A stretch of 64,000 nt of DNA from Candidatus Cloacimonadota bacterium (GCA_037441405.1 JBBISI010000004.1:25417-89416); one strand, 5' to 3'; positions 10,458-19,516 are shown, counted from the first letter of the stretch. The notes: generated by a model from the sequence alone, not told the origin. A program made the numbers and translations.

Positions 10458-11167
10458 GCGATATTCAGACCGCAGGGCCACTCTCCGCTAGTGATCAATC
10501 TCCTCCGCTAAACGAGCGTTCTTGGTATCCGATCGCATTTATGCTGGTTGTCAGTATCGTCTTCATCGGTTTATTGGCTTTGTTTTACCGAAGCAATGAA
10601 CCAAGGATCAGGCAAGCACAGCAGCGGGCATTCCGCAGCCAGATCCTGTCTCTTTTTACCGAAGAGATCGGATCGGTGACCGGTTTGACAAGGGCAGAAC
10701 TGCTATCGGCAGAAGAACTTGACCAGAACTACCTTAGATTCATCAAGCCCGTCCTTATGCCAGATGGTTCCTCCGCCTATTACCGATCGCTTGCTGACGG
10801 GACTTTGCTCGGTTATTGTTTCGATATCACGGGGAAGGGACTCTGGGGGACCATGAGAGCGCTGGTAGCGATGAAGCCGGACTTGATGACGGTGATCAAT
10901 CTCAGCGTATATGACCAGATGGAGACGCCGGGGCTGGGTGCCCGCATCACGGAAGACAAATTCCGGGATCAATTTGCCGGCAAGGTCTTGTATGAGGATG
11001 ATAAACCGGTATCTCTGACTTTGGTGCCCGAGGATGCTGTTGATCCCTATCTCACAGAGATCAGACAGGTTACCGGAGCCACCATTACCAGCCGCAGCGT
11101 TCTGGATATGTTATACAAAGAATTGACCTACGTCCGCAATCGCATCCGGCAGGAAGAGCAGAAATGA
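10454..11167 (+). CDS. RnfG/NqrC family FMN-binding subunit
   Basis: N-terminal TM helix, ETPGLGARI, and flavinylation-type motif VTGATITS. Overlaps its neighbours by 4 nt, indicating translational coupling. Confidence 0.85.
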   Translation: MSDIQTAGPLSASDQSPPLNERSWYPIAFMLVVSIVFIGLLALFYRSNEPRIRQAQQRAFRSQILSLFTEEIGSVTGLTRAELLSAEELDQNYLRFIKPVLMPDGSSAYYRSLADGTLLGYCFDITGKGLWGTMRALVAMKPDLMTVINLSVYDQMETPGLGARITEDKFRDQFAGKVLYEDDKPVSLTLVPEDAVDPYLTEIRQVTGATITSRSVLDMLYKELTYVRNRIRQEEQK

Positions 11168-11760
11168 CGACCAAACAGATATTCATAGATAGCGCATTCA
11201 GGGAAAACTCAATCTGGAAACAGATCCTGGGGATCTGTTCCACGCTGGCGGTGACCAATCTGATGTTGAATAGTTTGATCATGGGCATCGGCGTGATCTT
11301 TTCACTCGCTTTAACCAATCTGACCATCTCCTTGCTGCGCAATTACATCCCGCGCAGCGTGAGGATGATGACGCAGACCTTGATCATCGCTTTTTACGTG
11401 ATCATCGTGGATATCTATCTCAAGGCATACCTTCCGGATATCAGCATGCAATTGGGACCTTACGTCGGTCTGATCATCACCAATTGCATCCTGATGGGGA
11501 GAGCAGAGGCATTTGCCGTCAAGAACAAGCCCTGGGATTCAGTTATCGACGGGATCGGCGCTGGATTTGGCTATACGCTTGTCCTGCTTGCCATCGCCCT
11601 GATCCGTGAGATAATGGGCTTTGGCTCCATCTTTGGTTTCACCGTTCTGGGCGACAGGTGGACCAAGTGGTCGATCATGGTGATGGCGCCCAGTGCTTTC
11701 TTAATTCTCGCCGTCTTTATCTGGATCATCAACAACAACTTTTACAAAGGCAAGGCATAG
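11164..11760 (+). CDS. RnfE/NqrD family subunit
   Basis: 198-aa polytopic membrane protein with N-terminus ...NSIWKQILGICSTLAVTN, typical of RnfE/NqrD. Confidence 0.85.
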   Translation: MTTKQIFIDSAFRENSIWKQILGICSTLAVTNLMLNSLIMGIGVIFSLALTNLTISLLRNYIPRSVRMMTQTLIIAFYVIIVDIYLKAYLPDISMQLGPYVGLIITNCILMGRAEAFAVKNKPWDSVIDGIGAGFGYTLVLLAIALIREIMGFGSIFGFTVLGDRWTKWSIMVMAPSAFLILAVFIWIINNNFYKGKA

Positions 11761-11762
11761 TT

Positions 11763-12350
11763 ATGGATATCAATGCCTTTGTTCTCTTTTGGTCTGCGAT
11801 CTTTACGAGCAATATCCTGTTGACCAATTTCCTGGGAATGTGCTCTTATCTATCCATTTCCAGAGAAGTGGAGTCCTCCTTCGGTTTGGGGATGGCGGTG
11901 TTTTTTGTCCTGACCATCACCGCCGGCTTGAATTGGGTGATCTACTACCATATCCTGGTCCCTTTTGATCTGATTTATCTGCAATTCATCATCTTCATCA
12001 TCGTGATCGCTGCCTTCGTTCAATTGCTGGAAATGCTGATCGAACGCTTCACGCCGGCTCTTTACTACACTCTCGGGATCTTCCTGCCGCTGATCACGGT
12101 CAATTGTGCCATTCTCGGCGTCAGTTTGTTCATGGTCATCCGCAAATACTCATTCATCCAGTCCGTTGCTTATGGTGCAGGCAGTGGCATCGGCTGGCTA
12201 TTGGCGATCCTGATGTTAGCCGGTATCCGCACTCGTCTCAAGGACAAAATGATCCCTCAAGGTCTGCAGGGGGCAGGGATCAGTTTGATAATCACCGGCA
12301 TCATGGCACTGGCGTTTATCGGCTTCTCGGGCATCGTGATCATCCAGTAA
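11763..12350 (+). CDS. RnfA/NqrE family subunit
   Basis: The ORF-track entry 11658..12350 overlaps the previous gene. The ATG at 11763 gives MDINAFVLFWSAIFTSNILLTNFLGMCSYL, the standard RnfA/NqrE N-terminus. Confidence 0.85.
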   Translation: MDINAFVLFWSAIFTSNILLTNFLGMCSYLSISREVESSFGLGMAVFFVLTITAGLNWVIYYHILVPFDLIYLQFIIFIIVIAAFVQLLEMLIERFTPALYYTLGIFLPLITVNCAILGVSLFMVIRKYSFIQSVAYGAGSGIGWLLAILMLAGIRTRLKDKMIPQGLQGAGISLIITGIMALAFIGFSGIVIIQ

Positions 12351-12355
12351 CAGAT

Positions 12356-13459
12356 ATGTTTCTCATCATTATCAGAGATATTGGCATCACTACCCTGATC
12401 AGTGGCGGTTTGGCTTTGATTCTGGTAATCGCGCAAAGGTATCTCAATGACTATGGTCTGTGTAAGATTAATATCAATGGTAAACGCGAGATTACTCTCA
12501 AAGGCGGCTCATCGCTACTCAATTCTCTCTCCGAAAACCAGATCTTCATTCCCTCCGCATGTGGCGGCAGGGGCAGTTGTGGCACCTGCAAGTGTCGAGT
12601 ATTGGAAGGGGGAGGAACGCTTCTGCCCACGGAAAGACCGCTACTCAGCGCCAAAGAGATGGCTGATGATCTCCGTCTTGCCTGCCAGATAAAGGTTAAA
12701 ACCGACGTCCGCATCCATATCCCCGAATCCATCTTCAGTATCCGCCGCTATCAAGGTAAGGTCACCAAGATCGTGGATTATACCTACGATATCAAAGGCG
12801 TTACAATAGAACTGACGGACCCTCCGACCATTGATTTTAAAGCCGGACAATATGTCCAACTGGAGACCCCCACCTATGGCAAAGTTCGCCAGAAGGTCGT
12901 GCGTGCATATTCGATTTCATCCGATCCCGGGGATAAAAAACATATCCAATTGATCATTCGCTACGTTCCGGAGGGCATCTGCACCACCTGGATCCACCAA
13001 TTTCTCGAAGAAGGCGATCAGATCAGTTTTACCGGCGCCTATGGCGATTTCTTTATCCGCGATACCGATGTAGATATGGTCTTTGTCGCAGGTGGATCCG
13101 GCAAAGCGCCGATTAAATCCATGCTGGAATATCTAAGCCGGGTCGGCACCACCCGCCGGATGCGTTACCTATTCGGAGCGCGCACCTGCAAAGATCTCTA
13201 TCTCACAGATGAGATTCATGCCTTTGAGCAGGTCTTTGACGATTTCGAGTATATTCCCGTTCTTTCCAAACCTTGTCCGGAAGAAAATTGGCAGGGCAGG
13301 ATCGGCTACGTTATGCCTGTCTTACCAGAAGTGATCAGAGATCCAACCATGACGGAGGCATATCTCTGCGGCAGCCCCGCAATGATCGACGCAGTGCAAA
13401 AAGCCCTGATCGAACTCGGCGTCCCCGAGGATAAGATCTATTACGATAGTTTTGGATAA
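12356..13459 (+). CDS. nqrF: NqrF-like subunit (TM anchor + 2Fe-2S ferredoxin + FAD/NAD(P)-binding reductase)
   Basis: In-frame ATG at 12356 (MFLIIIRDIG...). Cluster motif CGGRGSCGTCKC...LACQ, FAD motif RAYSIS, NAD motif AGGSGKAP. The longer ORF-track start at 12104 overlaps nqrE. Confidence 0.85.
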   Translation: MFLIIIRDIGITTLISGGLALILVIAQRYLNDYGLCKININGKREITLKGGSSLLNSLSENQIFIPSACGGRGSCGTCKCRVLEGGGTLLPTERPLLSAKEMADDLRLACQIKVKTDVRIHIPESIFSIRRYQGKVTKIVDYTYDIKGVTIELTDPPTIDFKAGQYVQLETPTYGKVRQKVVRAYSISSDPGDKKHIQLIIRYVPEGICTTWIHQFLEEGDQISFTGAYGDFFIRDTDVDMVFVAGGSGKAPIKSMLEYLSRVGTTRRMRYLFGARTCKDLYLTDEIHAFEQVFDDFEYIPVLSKPCPEENWQGRIGYVMPVLPEVIRDPTMTEAYLCGSPAMIDAVQKALIELGVPEDKIYYDSFG

Positions 13460-13463
13460 TAGG

Positions 13464-13937
13464 ATGAAACAAACCCCACAGGAATTACTCATTGCCCAAC
13501 GGATGCAGCCCGGAGTGATCACGCTCAGCGGTTTTCTGGGTGATGATCCGCGTCCCTTGAACCAGATCATCTCGGATGATGCCATGACTCTACAACGATT
13601 GGGCGTAACTGGCATGGAAATTGCGGAGCGGATGGAACACCTGACCGAAAAAAGTAAACAGGTTTACGAGGGCAGTATCGTCGTCGATGAGATGTATGAG
13701 ATCGAGACCGAGATTACCCGTGGCAAATTGCCCTGTCCTTATCCCCATCGAGGGTTGCAACGCAAAACAATCACCTCCTGCACCCATCTTTCAAGCGGGA
13801 TCAAGGTGCGCTGGACTGCACTCAATATTCACATGATAAAGGAACATGGTTTCTTTGAAGGCAGGGGTTCGCCGTTCCGGCTTGAGCCTGAGATCCTGGT
13901 AAAGGTTCTTTTCCCGGATGAAGCCCTCGGCTCGTAA
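13464..13937 (+). CDS. Hypothetical protein, apparently co-transcribed with nqrF
   Basis: Open from 13452 (TTG), overlapping the nqrF stop; the ATG at 13464 gives MKQTPQELL.... I recognise no family. Contains CPYPH and CTH motifs and HGFFEGRGSPFRLEP. Confidence 0.6.
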   Translation: MKQTPQELLIAQRMQPGVITLSGFLGDDPRPLNQIISDDAMTLQRLGVTGMEIAERMEHLTEKSKQVYEGSIVVDEMYEIETEITRGKLPCPYPHRGLQRKTITSCTHLSSGIKVRWTALNIHMIKEHGFFEGRGSPFRLEPEILVKVLFPDEALGS

Positions 13938-13947
13938 TTTACTCAAC

Positions 13948-14214
13948 CTAATCATCATCAAATTCATCGTCCGCGTTGCCCGAATCAACGTTTCCAATCA
14001 CCCGCAGGACTGCCGTCTCTTCTTCTGAGTGGAATACGTTCCGGTAAATGAATTGGTGGATGAAAGCGAGGCCGGTCTGAATGCCGTTTCCTATGGGCAG
14101 GAACAGATGAACTTTCCGAGCGGGACCGTTGAATATGTTGGGGGTGTTATACTTAAGGTTATAAACTAACTGAGCCCTTTGCAGAGTTAACCATGGGGAG
14201 AGATGTATCTGAGA
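13948..14214 (-). pseudogene. Possible 3' remnant of an unidentified gene (no start codon)
   Basis: 88 codons are open on the minus strand with no ATG/GTG/TTG start. It ends ...GPARKVHLFLPIGNGIQTGLAFIHQFIYRNVFHSEEETAVLRVIGNVDSGNADDEFDDD then TAG at 13950-13948. The protein-like part stops where the 9-mer half-site at 14141-14165 begins. Confidence 0.3.
14141..14165 (+). repeat. Solo half-site of the foldback family
   Basis: GGGGTGTTATACTTAAGGTTATAAAC compares with the standard distal arm AAGGTTATACTAAGGTTATCAAG. An exact TAAGGTTAT sits at 14154-14162. The junction GGTTATAAACTAACT recurs at 34294-34308. Confidence 0.6.
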
Positions 14215-14228
14215 TTATGTTTAGAAAT

Positions 14229-14258
14229 TTGTCAATTTAGCCACAAAACAGGTAAAAT
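14229..14258 (+). promoter_or_regulatory. Candidate sigma70-type promoter upstream of RNA unit A
   Basis: TTGTCA (14229-14234), 18 nt, TAAAAT (14253-14258). The -10 part is deleted in the paralogous unit B. Confidence 0.3.
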
Positions 14259-14377
14259 CCTCATGAATAGCGTGAAATTTCCATTTAGCGTGCCTTTATC
14301 AAGCCATATTGAGGGAAAATCCCAGAATCTGGGCACACCTCTCTCTTTTTGCCCGACAAAATCCATTGTTATTGCGA

Positions 14378-14638
14378 CGTCGTCAGATGTTAGGGGGTTA
14401 CTTGAATCACCGTTTAAAACGCCACCATGGATCAACCCGCAAGGGTAACCGGACTTTTTGAGGACATTAGTCCGAGAGAAACCCCCTCCCGCTGGAGAAA
14501 GATCCTTCTTTTAATACCCTGGAATATTTCTCTCTCGTTCGATCTGAAGTTTTCACAATGTCCCAAAATACGGAAGGGTTATATATGCCCTCACGACCTG
14601 GAACGGTGGTTGAAACCATCGCCCAACATCTGATGACG
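14378..14638 (+). ncRNA. Candidate structured RNA, unit A (unknown class; paralog of 34339-34598)
   Basis: About 75 percent identical to unit B. A closing helix forms between CGTCGTCAGATGTTAGG (5') and CCCAACATCTGATGACG (3'). Also a CCC-GCAA-GGG hairpin at 14436-14445 and a CGTT-TAA-AACG hairpin at 14411-14421. See findings for the covariation. Confidence 0.55.
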
Positions 14639-14751
14639 CGTGATGTCGCGGGAAGGTGAATGATACTGCTTACCGATAATCTCAATCCCTGTTGATCCCA
14701 ATATGTCCAGTGGTCTCGAGCAGTAAGTTTCCTGCCAAGTATCGAATCCTC

Positions 14752-14826
14752 CCTGCTTGATAACCTTAGTATAACCTTAGTATAACCTTACAGCCGTAAG
14801 GTTATACTAAGGTTATGAAGTGAGGA
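14752..14826 (-). repeat. Foldback element copy 2 (inverted orientation, 3+2 as read on plus; centre AGCC)
   Basis: Sequence is CCTGCTTGATAACCTTAGTATAACCTTAGTATAACCTTAC-AGCC-GTAAGGTTATACTAAGGTTATGAAGTGAGG, the reverse complement of the standard arrangement. Confidence 0.9.
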
Positions 14827-14943
14827 ACAACATGGATAAATACATAACCGGATTGTTTATATGCAAGTTACAGACCGGTGGAGAATGATCTGGTTTTCAG
14901 ATCGCTATCGTCGCGGCTTTCTTTGGCGATGAATTCGTTATTA

Positions 14944-16023
14944 CTATGGACAATCGAGGGCAGAAGCATTGATCCGAATCCAGCCATTTGTGACCATGCC
15001 AAAAGCGCTGCCGGGAGCGGTTATGATGCCGCTCTGGGCAAGGCGGGAGGCATACAGGATATCATCTTCACCGATGTTTACCATTACATAAGGGCCGGCA
15101 TTGGGAGTGTGGACAAAGAGATTGGGTATTTTGTCACCAATGTATTTTATAGCCAATTTGTGGCTTAAGCAAAGTCGCTGTCTGATGGTCTCCACCAGAG
15201 TCATACCCTCCGGACTGAGTGCGAAGATCGCCAGCATCTGGGAGAGCCAATTGGAGCAGGTGGAGATATATTGCCGGGTCTTGATCACACTACCGGAGAA
15301 GGAGGGTGGAGAGATGATCCAACCGATGCGCCATCCACTCATGCAATGAGATTTGGAGACACCTCCGACGACGATTAAACGGTCGTATCTACCGGCGAAT
15401 GAGGCGGGTCTCCACTCAAAATACAATTCACGGTAGATCTCATCCACGATCAGGACGATACTATATCTTTCACATAAATCAATCAACCGATCGATCTCAT
15501 CATCATGGAAGTATCTGCCATGAGGATTGGCGGGGTGGCTGAAAAGTAAAATTTTGACGCTAGTGGACAGTAATTTATCCCAGCGTTCCCAGTCGATGGA
15601 TATGAGATCTGGTTCATAGGGGAGACGAACAATACGGGCATTGACCATGGCAGCGATAGCGGGATAGGCGGGATAATCGGGATCGGGGATGGCGATGAGG
15701 TCATGATCATTGACCAGAGCGGTCAGAGTGATATAGAGCGCTTCCTCGGCGCCATTGGTGATACAGACCTGCGAGGTATCGATCCTGGAGTCATAATATG
15801 CCGCCACCTGATCTCTCAAAGTAGGCAGACCCGCATTCGGTGTATAGCGTGGAGTTTCCGTTATAAGCAGTTCTCTGGCGTATTCGGCAAGGGCTTTGGG
15901 CAGGGGATAGGTCAATTCGCCGATCGCCAGATTGAGCGCATCAGCCGGAGCTGCTGCCACGATCCGCCGCAAAAGCGATAACTCTATATTCTTAATGCGA
16001 CTGGCTTCAGTCAGTGAGTTCAC
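14944..16023 (-). CDS. Class I/II pyridoxal-phosphate aminotransferase (possibly succinyldiaminopimelate aminotransferase, given the adjacent dapD)
   Basis: LNLAIGELTYPLP, PNAGLP, a fold-type I Lys region (GGVSKSHCMSGWRIGW), and C-terminal ITAPGSAFG. The ORF track opens at 16143 but would overlap dapD by 137 nt. The in-frame GTG at 16023 (VNSLTEASRIKNIE...) is my preferred start; the start remains uncertain. Confidence 0.8.
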   Translation of the reverse strand: MNSLTEASRIKNIELSLLRRIVAAAPADALNLAIGELTYPLPKALAEYARELLITETPRYTPNAGLPTLRDQVAAYYDSRIDTSQVCITNGAEEALYITLTALVNDHDLIAIPDPDYPAYPAIAAMVNARIVRLPYEPDLISIDWERWDKLLSTSVKILLFSHPANPHGRYFHDDEIDRLIDLCERYSIVLIVDEIYRELYFEWRPASFAGRYDRLIVVGGVSKSHCMSGWRIGWIISPPSFSGSVIKTRQYISTCSNWLSQMLAIFALSPEGMTLVETIRQRLCLSHKLAIKYIGDKIPNLFVHTPNAGPYVMVNIGEDDILYASRLAQSGIITAPGSAFGMVTNGWIRINASALDCP

Positions 16024-16831
16024 GGATGTCGAGTTCAAGCCGGACAGAATTGTCGGTTTTATCGTCACGGTATTTGATGATGATCGGGCAATATACCTGA
16101 AAATCGGGATTGGAGCGCAAGCGGCGGCTGCCAGCCACAACAACGGCTCCGGCGGGAATGATCATTGGACCATCCTCACCCGAAGGCAGGAAATCGCCCT
16201 TTACTGCATCAAAGATAGGAGTGGCTGAGGTGACCACGACGCCGGAAGCAATAACCGCTCTGCTTCTGATCAGGATACCTTCATAGATACCGGTGTTACC
16301 ACCGATAAAGACATCATCCTCGACAATGACCGGGCGGGAGCCGATGGGTTCGATCACGCCACCGATCATTGCTCCAGCGGAGAGGTGGACATTCTTGCCG
16401 ATCTGGGCGCAACTACCGACCAGGGCATGGGAATCGATCAGGGAACCAGTGTCCACATAGGCGCCGATGTTGATAAAGGCTGGTGGCATGATCGTCACGG
16501 TTGGAGCGATATAACAGCCATTACGCGCAGAAGTGCCTCCGGGGACGATACGTACCTGGTCTTGGAGTTGAAAATGTCTTTCGGGGAGGGTGTCCTTGTC
16601 AAAGAAGGGCTTATCGTCACTCCAGTCGTATTGGGTGAGTTTGCCCATCCGGAAGGCACAGAGAATACCCATCTTGACCCAGGAATTGACGATCCAGTTA
16701 TCGCCTTGACGTTCACAGGCACGGACGGAACCGGAATTGAGTGCTTCCAGAAAAGTAGCGATCAATTGACGATCGGCTTGCTGATAATAAGCGGGTTTTA
16801 CCTGATATAGTGATTCTATCTGCTGTTTCAT
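16007..16831 (-). CDS. dapD: 2,3,4,5-tetrahydropyridine-2,6-dicarboxylate N-succinyltransferase
   Basis: 274 aa. N-terminal helical domain followed by left-handed beta-helix hexapeptide repeats (GAYVDTGSLIDSHALVGSCAQIGKNVHLSAGAMIGGV), typical of DapD. Confidence 0.85.
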   Translation of the reverse strand: MKQQIESLYQVKPAYYQQADRQLIATFLEALNSGSVRACERQGDNWIVNSWVKMGILCAFRMGKLTQYDWSDDKPFFDKDTLPERHFQLQDQVRIVPGGTSARNGCYIAPTVTIMPPAFINIGAYVDTGSLIDSHALVGSCAQIGKNVHLSAGAMIGGVIEPIGSRPVIVEDDVFIGGNTGIYEGILIRSRAVIASGVVVTSATPIFDAVKGDFLPSGEDGPMIIPAGAVVVAGSRRLRSNPDFQVYCPIIIKYRDDKTDNSVRLELDIRELTD

Positions 16832-16837
16832 AATAAC

Positions 16838-18004
16838 TTATTCCTTGCTGATTGCGTGCTTTATCCGGTCGAGGGCTTCCTGAACGATCGAGCGAGGACA
16901 ACCGAAATTGAGGCGCATAAAGCCGGAGCCATCCTCTCCGAACTTGATCCCGGGGTCAAGCGCTACCTGGGCTTGATTGACCAATAGATCCTGCAGTTTT
17001 TTATCGCTGAGAGCCAGGGAGCGAAAATCCAGCCACATGAGGTAAGTGCTTTGGGGATTGATGGCTTTGATCTGAGGGATCTGCTGCTGGACGTAACCCA
17101 TGATAAAATCCCGATTGGCTTGCAGATACTTCAGCAGAGCGGAAAGCCATGCTTCGCCCTTGGTGTAGGCGGCGATGAAGGCAGCGATGCCAAAGGAATT
17201 ACCCAGATACAGATGCATCTTGAAGATGAGATCGGATAAGGGTTTACGGATATGATCATTGGGGGTCACGATTACGGAAGTGCATAGTCCCGCGATATTG
17301 AAGGCTTTGCTGGGGGAGAGGCAGGTCACAGTTAGTTCTCCCAAATCCTCCAGCGAAGCGATCGGGATGTGTCTTGATCCGGTAAAGACCAAGTCGTTAT
17401 GAATCTCGTCGGAAAGAATTATTACATTGTGTTTCAAGCAAATACGTCCCATCCGGAGTAATTCTTCCTCTGTCCAGACCCTTCCCACCGGATTGTGGGG
17501 ACTGCAGAGGATAAACAGTTTGGCTTGTCTGGCTTTGCGTTCAAAGTCATCAAAATCGATGCTATACTGTCCATCCTGATAAATGAGGGAGTTGGTCAGC
17601 AGGTTTCGTCCATGATCCACTATGGCATCGAAAAAAGGGCGGTAAACAGGTGTTTGGATGAGGATGCCATCCGCCGGTTTGGTGTAAGCCATAACTGCCA
17701 AACTGAGCGCGGGAACGACGCCGGGAGTATTGTCGATCCACTCTCTTTTGACTGTCCATTGGTGGCGATGCCGCATCCATCCGATAAATGCGTCATAGTA
17801 TTCGGATACGCGGAAGTTGTAGCCAAACACAGGATGAGCCAGTCGAATTTGGAGGGCAGTAATAATCTCTGGTGCCACCGCGAAATCCATATCAGCCACC
17901 CACAGAGACAACAGGTCTTCTCTGCCATAAAACAACTTGAGGGCGTCATACTTGAAGCAGCCGCTCTTCCGGCGTTCTTGAGCAATATCAAAATCATACG
18001 TCAT
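16838..18004 (-). CDS. MalY/PatB family PLP-dependent C-S lyase (cystathionine beta-lyase-like)
   Basis: MTYDFDIAQERRKSGCFKYD...LWVADMDF N-terminus and SPSKAFNIAG Lys motif. Confidence 0.85.
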   Translation of the reverse strand: MTYDFDIAQERRKSGCFKYDALKLFYGREDLLSLWVADMDFAVAPEIITALQIRLAHPVFGYNFRVSEYYDAFIGWMRHRHQWTVKREWIDNTPGVVPALSLAVMAYTKPADGILIQTPVYRPFFDAIVDHGRNLLTNSLIYQDGQYSIDFDDFERKARQAKLFILCSPHNPVGRVWTEEELLRMGRICLKHNVIILSDEIHNDLVFTGSRHIPIASLEDLGELTVTCLSPSKAFNIAGLCTSVIVTPNDHIRKPLSDLIFKMHLYLGNSFGIAAFIAAYTKGEAWLSALLKYLQANRDFIMGYVQQQIPQIKAINPQSTYLMWLDFRSLALSDKKLQDLLVNQAQVALDPGIKFGEDGSGFMRLNFGCPRSIVQEALDRIKHAISKE

Positions 18005-18585
18005 TGGTCTGAACTATCCTCTTTATCAATCTGATCCCGGCGTGATCGGTCATAAGCATCCTTGTAACGGTAGAGTTGCAGTGCTGCGCTGAGTTTTTCA
18101 TCAATATTCACATGTGTGGCCACGTCTTCAATCCCCATCAAGATCTTGATCATATTGGGGAAGGAAAGATTGGTCTGAAATGTCCTTTCTTTGCCATTGT
18201 CATCATTGTAATAAAGTACCAGATACATCGTGATCTTCCTGATGATCTCAAACCGGTTGATCATTTCATAAGGGATACGGATCGAGTGTTTTGCCAGAAA
18301 ACCCAGAACCAGCGAATCGGAAGTAAAGGTGACGCTATTCAGCGACGTCAGATGGCGCAGGATCGAATCGATGGCAACATACAGAACGACAAAAGGAATA
18401 ATCTTCATCAGTAAAGGCGCTTCCTGGTGCATTTGAAGGGCTAGAAAAAAAATCGTGTATGCCATAACGCAGGTACTGATCAGGAGCATGGTGAACCGAA
18501 TCCACTGGTTGTATCGATAACTGATGGGGATAAGGTCCCTGATATCAAACTTGTCTATTTTATCCGACATTGCCACGTCCCCCAT
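18001..18585 (-). CDS. Hypothetical membrane protein
   Basis: Two predicted TM helices followed by a soluble domain; no family recognised. An alternative ATG at 18570 would reduce the overlap with the upstream PHP gene. Confidence 0.6.
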   Translation of the reverse strand: MGDVAMSDKIDKFDIRDLIPISYRYNQWIRFTMLLISTCVMAYTIFFLALQMHQEAPLLMKIIPFVVLYVAIDSILRHLTSLNSVTFTSDSLVLGFLAKHSIRIPYEMINRFEIIRKITMYLVLYYNDDNGKERTFQTNLSFPNMIKILMGIEDVATHVNIDEKLSAALQLYRYKDAYDRSRRDQIDKEDSSDQ

Positions 18586-19406
18586 AGATCGTTTACGCTA
18601 TTGATGATTACGTCATTGTGGGGGATATAGCCGAATTGGTTGTGAAAATCATGCTCGCCATGAAAGTCGCTACCCCCGGTCATATAAAGCCCATTTTTTT
18701 GTCCGATGTCGATCAGATCCCTGAGTAATCCATTGTTGTGATCGGGGTGCCAGACCTCCAAGCCATCAATGCCCTTATCAATGCCGGATTGGATATAGGA
18801 GACATCTTTGAGTTTGCCGGGATGAGCCATCACAGCAAATCCACCCGCCTCCTGGATCACCTTGATGGCTTCGTCCATGCTGACCTCAGGTTTAGCGACA
18901 TAGGCTGGTTTCTCGTTTCCGATATAGAGGTCAAATGCCTCATTTTTGTTGGTGCAATATCCTTTTGTAACCATAACTTGGGCAATGTGGGGACGGACGA
19001 TCAATTCACGTGAACCAGCAATCGCGACTACTTCCCTGAGATCGATGTGGATCCCGTGTTTCTTTAATTTGCCGAGCATTAGTTTGGCACGGTCTCTTCT
19101 GCCGTGTAAATACATCTCCATGAGGTCGTTAAGAGTTTTGTCATGGACATCTATGCCATAAGCCAGAACGTGTATATCCACGCCATTTTCCTGCGCGCTT
19201 ATCTCGATGCCTGGTAGTATGTAGATGGGATAATCCGCAATATTGATGTGATGATAAGCATCCACGGTATCGTGATCGGTAATCGAGATCAGATCGATAT
19301 TGTTCTCCATCGCCCGACGGATCAGGCTTTTGGGCGTTAAAGCTCCATCTGAAACATTACTATGTAAGTGCAAGTTAAAGTTCCTGATTCTTTCTTTCTT
19401 GTTCAA
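18555..19406 (-). CDS. PHP-domain phosphoesterase (TrpH/YciV-like)
   Basis: LHLHSNVSDGALTP...ISITDHDT...MAHPG...GGSDFHG metal-binding motifs. Confidence 0.85.
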   Translation of the reverse strand: MNKKERIRNFNLHLHSNVSDGALTPKSLIRRAMENNIDLISITDHDTVDAYHHINIADYPIYILPGIEISAQENGVDIHVLAYGIDVHDKTLNDLMEMYLHGRRDRAKLMLGKLKKHGIHIDLREVVAIAGSRELIVRPHIAQVMVTKGYCTNKNEAFDLYIGNEKPAYVAKPEVSMDEAIKVIQEAGGFAVMAHPGKLKDVSYIQSGIDKGIDGLEVWHPDHNNGLLRDLIDIGQKNGLYMTGGSDFHGEHDFHNQFGYIPHNDVIINSVNDLWGTWQCRIK

Positions 19407-19516
19407 TTCCGCATATATTCCTTTCTACGCGCTCACTCGTTTTCAGTTTACAAAAAACCGTCAATGATTTATTTTGGCACCGAAGCTAAACCACTAAAGG
19501 AAAGGAAGTCGCGGAA

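Noticed and set aside
14378-14638. Units A and B as RNase P RNA, tmRNA, SRP RNA, 6S RNA, a group II intron domain or a retron msr-msd
   Set aside because: I could not find the hallmark sequences as I recall them: the GGAAAGTCCGG-type RNase P core, the tmRNA tRNA-like ends, the SRP GGAAGGAAGCAGC-like domain IV, or a domain V. No RT gene is adjacent. There are two diverged copies tied to a repeat family, unlike single-copy housekeeping RNAs. This is from memory only, so a cmscan is still needed.
14427-14685. Small ORFs inside RNA units A and B (14203-14448 +, 14427-14633 +, 14467-14685 -, 34388-34588 -). The two minus-strand ORFs share a similar peptide: TTVPGREGIYN...DIVKTSDRT...LKEGSFSSGRG versus TTVPDRENTYN...DIVRTSVRT...LKEGSLSSERG.
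   Set aside because: Amino-acid identity (~55 percent) is what roughly 75 percent nucleotide identity gives without purifying selection. Only about a third of codon differences are synonymous. A 1-nt indel gives the two ORFs unrelated N-termini and the stops differ. There is no SD. The plus-sense helices show compensatory and G-U changes that the minus sense cannot accommodate.
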